Assembly: GCA_951406725.2 (NCBI GenBank)
Contig: OX597820.1
Span: 65,906,001 to 65,970,000, forward strand
From: Octopus vulgaris
Lineage: Eukaryota
DNA length: 64,000 nt
Direction: 5' to 3'
Of the stretch, positions 58,261 through 64,000 are shown piece by piece; within the stretch, counting starts at the first letter, position 1, and the number at the start of each line of letters is the position of its first letter. The notes beneath the pieces were generated by a model. It was given only the letters and a program-made list of their open reading frames with translations. It did not search any database and was not told the DNA's origin. The position numbers and the translations under genes are program-made.

Positions 58261-58938
58261 AGATATATTTTAATCATTGTAATGCATTTGAAAAACAGCG
58301 GGTTACACAGAGATGACGGGGGTCAGAGAATGGTGGATACATTACAATCTTTTTGTTCTGAATGTGTGTATGTATGTGTGTGTGTGTGCGTATGTGTGTG
58401 TAAGTGAATGTGTGTGTGACTCAGCGCTCTTGAGTAAAGACATGTGTTCTGGTATGTGTACCTGTCTCTTATATATGTATGAATTGAATGTATGTGTTCT
58501 ACTTATGGTTTTGCATGAATACTTGAATGTGTATCTACCACTTCTTAGATGTGTGTATTTCACGGTGCGTGCGCGTTCATGTATATGTGTGCATGTGTCT
58601 CTGTGACTGTGTGTGAGTGTGTACGTGTATGTGTGCGTATACATTTGCCTGTGTGTGCTTGTATGATTGTTTATGTTCGTGTTTCTGAATACGCAATAGC
58701 ATTTGTCTGTATGTGTGTGTGTGTGTGAGTTGATGTAGTGCGCATGTGTTATGCGTGTGAATGCGCGTGAGAGATAGAGAAAGAAAGGGAGTTTGTAAAT
58801 ACCTGATTATTTTGCTACTGCGGATGTATGCGTTTAGGTTTCTGAATGTGTGTCTCTGTGTCAATATATATGTGTCTCTATTTCAACATGTCGATGATTG
58901 TGTGTACCTCTACATATCAATATATATATATATATAAT

Positions 58939-58983
<45 letters not shown>

Positions 58984-59079
58984 ACATATATATATATATA
59001 TGTATGTATATATATATATACATGCATACATACATACATACATATATATATATATATACAGGGAGAGATATATAGATAG

Positions 59080-59110
<31 letters not shown>

Positions 59111-59263
59111 GATAGATAGATACGCACATACATACATATACATATATATACATACACATGAATATAGACACATATATATACATGCATGCCAATGCCTCCC
59201 TGTCTCTCCAACTCTCTCTACACTCACTCTCCCTTTCTCCCCCTTCCTCTCTCCCCTTCTTTC

Positions 59264-59309
<46 letters not shown>

Positions 59310-59339
59310 CCTTTCTCTTTAGTTATCGATTAGAGGCAG

Positions 59340-59660
59340 CAAGTCTTTAATCTGCGATAAAACCTTTCTCTTCTCCAATCTGCAATCTAGCGACATCGGA
59401 ATTAAACCCGGGTTTCCCCGCTGCTCAACAGGAGGGCCATCGCAAGCTGACGATGTACTGGCTACTCTCCTATCGGCTTATTTACGAACCTATAGCGATG
59501 AAAACATTCATGAACCTGCAACTTCCTCCCGAACCATCTCCCTACACAGTAGGATCGAGGTAGGCATGGACAGGCTCCTTGAGCGATTCTCGTATGCTAC
59601 AATTCGGGGCGAAGCATTTGCAATTTTATCTGTCTGGAAATCGGATGTATTAGCATTACT
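59340..59660 (+). mobile_element. Possible CRE-type RLE retrotransposon C-terminal relic
   Basis: Reads ...RLLERFSYATIRGEAFAILS, resembling the L-x-QR-[LI]-S-x-A-[IV]-x-RGNA ending of CRE-like elements. Confidence 0.45.
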
Positions 59661-60004
59661 CGCTGTGATATAATAACATGTTTAATTGACAAACAGCAGC
59701 ATTTTGCCCACCTCCACAGAGTAATAAACACCCACATATACAAACATATTTTCGTCTTTCATTCTTTACTTGTTTCAGCCAATGATTTGTAGTGATGCTG
59801 GGGCACCGCTGTCTAGAGATTAGTCGAACAAATCGACCCCAGGAATTATTCTTTGTTCTTATTCTATCGGTCTCTTTTGCCGAACCACTAATGTTACGGG
59901 GATGTAAACACACCAAAATCGGTTGTCAAGCGACAGTGGGAGGACAAACACAGACACACAAATACGTAATATATATATATATACAAACATACACGCACAG
60001 ATAG

Positions 60005-60132
<128 letters not shown>

Positions 60133-60545
60133 GGCGCAGGAGTGGCTGTGTGGTAAGTAGCTTGCTAACCAACCACATGGTTCCGGGTTCAGTCCCACTG
60201 CGTGGCATCTTGGGCAAGTGTCTTCTGCTATAGCCCCGGGCCGACCAATGCCTTGTGAGTGGATTTGGTAGACGGAAACTGAAAGAAGCCTGTCGTATAT
60301 ATGTATATATATATATGTGTATGTGTGTGTGTTTGTGTATGTGTGTTTGTCCCCCTAGCATTGCTTGACAACCGATGCTGGTGTGTTTACGTCCCCGTCA
60401 CTTAGTGGTTCGGCAAAAGAGAACGATAGAATAAGTACTGGGCTTACAAAGAATAAGTCCCGGGGTCGATTTGCTCGACTAAAGGTGGTGCTCCAGCATG
60501 GCCGCAGTCAAATGACTGAAACAAGTAAAAGAGTAAAGAGTAAAT
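60133..60545 (+). mobile_element. Full-length SINE family B (used as reference copy); a minus-strand 3' half lies at 59755-59965
   Basis: ggcgcaggagtggctgtgtggtaag (A-box), GGGTTCAGTCCC (B-box), ttgggcaagt, internal (TA/TG)n, tail (gtaaaaga)n. Confidence 0.95.
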
Positions 60546-60559
60546 ATACATATATTTAA

Positions 60560-60591
<32 letters not shown>

Positions 60592-62024
60592 ATATAATAT
60601 AATATAATATAATATAATATAATATAATATATATATATACATACATATATATAATATATACATAAATATATATATAATATATATATATAATATTCACAAG
60701 ACGTTGTTCTACGCAGGTCTATAATAGAAGACATTTGCCCAAAAAGCTACTGTGTGTGACTGAACCTGAAACCATATGGTTTCAAAGCACACACCATGTG
60801 GCTTCAAAGTCGCCGAGGTCGACTTTGCCTTTCAACCTTTCGGGGTCGATGAATTAAGTACCAGTTGCGCACAGCGGTTGATATAATCGACTTAATCCGT
60901 TTGTCTGTCCTTGTTTGTCTTTTAGCTCCTTGTGGGTAGTACGTCCGGCTTGCTAACGTTTCTGCCAGCTCACTCTCTCAATCGAATAAGTATTGCCTAA
61001 ATACTGATAGATCAGATGTGCCATAGGTCAGATGTGCCATAGGTCAGATGATGAAGTGGTCGCAGAGGAACTTTGAGATGAAGCCCTGTGCTCAAGAACA
61101 TACCATATCTCCCGGTCTGGAAGTTGAAACCTCGACCACACGATAGTAGGTGCATCACCTAGTCACGATATGTTTGTGTGTATGTGTGTATAGTTGTGTG
61201 CATGCGTATATATATGTATATATACATGTACGTATGTATGTATGTATGTATGCATGTATGTATCTATGTATGTAAGTATGTATGAATGCATGTATGCATG
61301 TATGCATGTATGTATCTATGTATGTAAGTATGTATGAATGCATGTATGTATGTATGCATGTATGTATCTATGTATGTAAGTATGTATGAATGCATGTATG
61401 CATGTATGCGTGTTTAACGTCAGTTTCTGTGTAAGTTCATGACCAGAGGGACACGCCATTAGTGCTAGGGAAAGTCGCGACACGATCCCACAAGCCCTTT
61501 GGTCGCAAGACACACAATCTATTCAATGACTCACTGACTCACGCGACATTTAACAGACGTCATACCCTCTCACAACCCCTCCCCCATTTGTATCCCTTTC
61601 CAAGCGAATAAGACTTCGTTGCAAAACCCACCCATATTAGATTAGATATAAGATAAAAACAACCCCCACCCCGTCTCCCGTTCTCTTTTCCCCCTCTCTC
61701 CCCCTCTCGCTCTGTCTGTTTGTCTGGCTGTCTGTCTTTCTCTCTCCCACTCTCTCTCTCTCGCTCTCTTTCTCTTTCTGAAAAATGTAATTATTGCAGA
61801 CAAAGAGAGAAAGAGAGATGGAGGGGAGTGAGCGAGGAAGATATGTATGCATGTTTGTGTATGCATATATTTATATGAATGTGTGTATGTGTGTGTGTGT
61901 GAATGGGAATAGATGTGCGAGTGTATGTATATACTGATATATAAATACACTTATGTATATACAAATATATATGTATAGTGTATATATATATATACATATA
62001 TATATGCATATCAAAGTATATACT

Positions 62025-62064
<40 letters not shown>

Positions 62065-62080
62065 TATCAAAGTATATACT

Positions 62081-62137
<57 letters not shown>

Positions 62138-62637
62138 CTGTATGTATTTATACATACACACACACACGCACACACACACACACACACACAGAGAAATATG
62201 TATGCAAAACAGAAAATTGGAAAATTGTTGATATTTTTATAAATAGATAGATAAATAGATAGATAGATAGATAGATAGATACTATTATGCGTGCATATAT
62301 ACAGAAACAAAGATGTACGTATCTTTTCGTGTGTATGTTTGATAAGAAAATGTATGGCAATAACTTCAATGTTTCGTCTTCCACGCCATCATCAGGCTAT
62401 CGGTGAGAAAGCCGAAACTTCGAAATCACTGTCCAGCATTTTGTTGAAAAAAAAAATTATTAAAAAATGTACTCTTTTAGCAAGTAGAGCTATCCTTCAA
62501 ATACACGCGCGCGCGCACAAGCATATAGACACATTTGTATACATATATATACAATCATGCATACATACATATACATACGTGCATGTATGTGTGCGTGTGC
62601 GTATATATGTATATGTATATATATATATGTAAGTAAG

Positions 62638-62676
<39 letters not shown>

Positions 62677-62682
<6 letters not shown>

Positions 62683-62988
62683 ATCACGTGACCGACCAGA
62701 CCATCAGATGTTGTTACACATCACTGGTCACAATGCGTTCGCATTGTTTTTTTTTTAGCCTTCGAATGACGCCACCCCGCTGGCTAAGCGAGCAGGCCAA
62801 CAGAAGAAAGAGTGGGAGAAAGTGTGGTGAAAGAGTAAAGCAGGGATCACCACCCCCTGCCGGAGCCTCGTGGAGCTTTTTAGGTGTTTTCGCTCAATAA
62901 ACACTCACAACGCCTGGTCTAGGAATCGAAACCGCGATCTCACGACCGCGAGTCCGCTGCCCTAACCACTGGGCCATTGCGCCTCCAC
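62677..62988 (-). mobile_element. tRNA-derived SINE family C, full length, 3' end in (TA)n
   Basis: Minus head gtggaggcgcaatggcccagtggttagggcagcggactcgcggtcgtgagatcgcggtttcgattcc; tail ctgatggtctggtcggtcacgtgatcacgtg. Confidence 0.9.
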
Positions 62989-63199
62989 ATACGTATACAA
63001 TAACTGTTTAAATCAGCACCACATCAGTTATAGTTCCGCTGGCGCGTAGGACAAGTTCATCATGTCAGAGAAGAGTGAGAGATTTAAGATTTGAGAACTC
63101 AGCTGAGTGCTGATGAGTCAATCTGTTATTCATTATAACGTAATTCCTATGCTGATGTTGGCTGCCACTCTTTCTTTTGTTCACTCGGTCGTGTATATA

Positions 63200-63268
<69 letters not shown>

Positions 63269-63274
<6 letters not shown>

Positions 63275-63500
63275 ACCGACCAGACCATCAGGTCCGAGTC
63301 AGATGCCATGATAGATCGTTAGCTACTACACACACATTTTTTTCTCTCCTTGTTTTTTCTGTGTACCTTTCTGTAGAAGAGCGTAGGCTCAAAACGGTAA
63401 AGACTTTTTCTATTCCTGAGCGCTATACTAATACATCTGTTTGTTTGTACACCACCTGCCTTCGTCTTTTGTTTATTTTTGTAAATTTTCCCTTTATATG
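63269..63500 (+). mobile_element. PLE pLTR-like fragment with a degenerate hammerhead (63367-63402)
   Basis: cttt-CTGTAGA-a-gagc-gtag-gctc-AAAAC-GGT-aaag: stems I and II intact, core substituted; follows (TA)n. Confidence 0.55.
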
Positions 63501-64000
63501 TTGCCTTTCAGTTGTAAATTGCGAAAGCCACCTTAATAATTTATGAGTCTCACTTCACCATTTTTGTAATCAGTCAATGTTTCTTATGGTGTTCTCTATA
63601 ACAGTGCTTCTCAAAGTAGTGTTCCGCAAGACATCAGCTGCCGGTACGCAGCGAATTTCTAGAAAAGAAAGAAACATTATAAAATGCTTATAAAATACTT
63701 ATGTAGTATTTTATTATTTGTTTACAAATTAAATAGAAGATAAAAAAATTTTCAACTTTTATTATATTCCTTATATATATTGTTCGCCACATCAGATAGC
63801 TTGAGAAGCACAGATCTAAAAGGCTGACATGGTGAGTTGAGCTTTTAACCCTCGGCGACGGAGTAATAGGTCGCTGATGAAGATTAATCAGCATTGATAT
63901 GACTTCATCTCACTTGCCACAGGGAGCTTGTCTCCTTTATTAGTTGTTAGAAAAGTGCTCTTACGTGGCCAAGAGTTGTTTTGACCCTTACTTCTAGCAA

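Noticed and set aside
62361-62400. Minus-strand CTGATGA-tggc...gac-GAAA hammerhead candidate
   Set aside because: Stem II mismatched and no NUH at the expected position; at best a decayed copy.
63108-63120. CTGATGA boxes here and at ~18823 and ~63874
   Set aside because: No stem II followed by GAAA.

Overview
AT-rich, gene-poor eukaryotic DNA dominated by microsatellites [(TA)n, (TG)n, (GATA)n, (CATA)n, (ATT)n, (CAT)n], tRNA-derived SINEs and decayed transposons. The repeat landscape resembles octopus/coleoid cephalopod DNA (inference). Almost all ORFs in the track are repeat artefacts. Supported features: at least four SINE families, two defective mariners, a Helentron-type non-autonomous element, pogo- and hAT-like ends, fragments of Tx1/L1-, RTE-, CRE- and R4/Dong-type non-LTR retrotransposons (the R4/Dong types sit in (ATT)n or (CATA)n arrays), a Penelope-like GIY-YIG relic, a U6 pseudogene abutting a SINE, and one candidate 78-nt host exon that reads like the end of an Ig domain. 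The most striking signal is a set of minimal type I hammerhead ribozyme motifs from at least four different sequence families. One belongs to a tRNA-headed, (AAT)n-containing SINE-like element found twice as a head-to-head fold-back. Several other fold-back inserts are bracketed by (TA)n. Together these suggest a Penelope-driven, microsatellite-targeting system of small ribozyme-bearing retroelements. All family assignments come from motif recognition by eye, not database searches.
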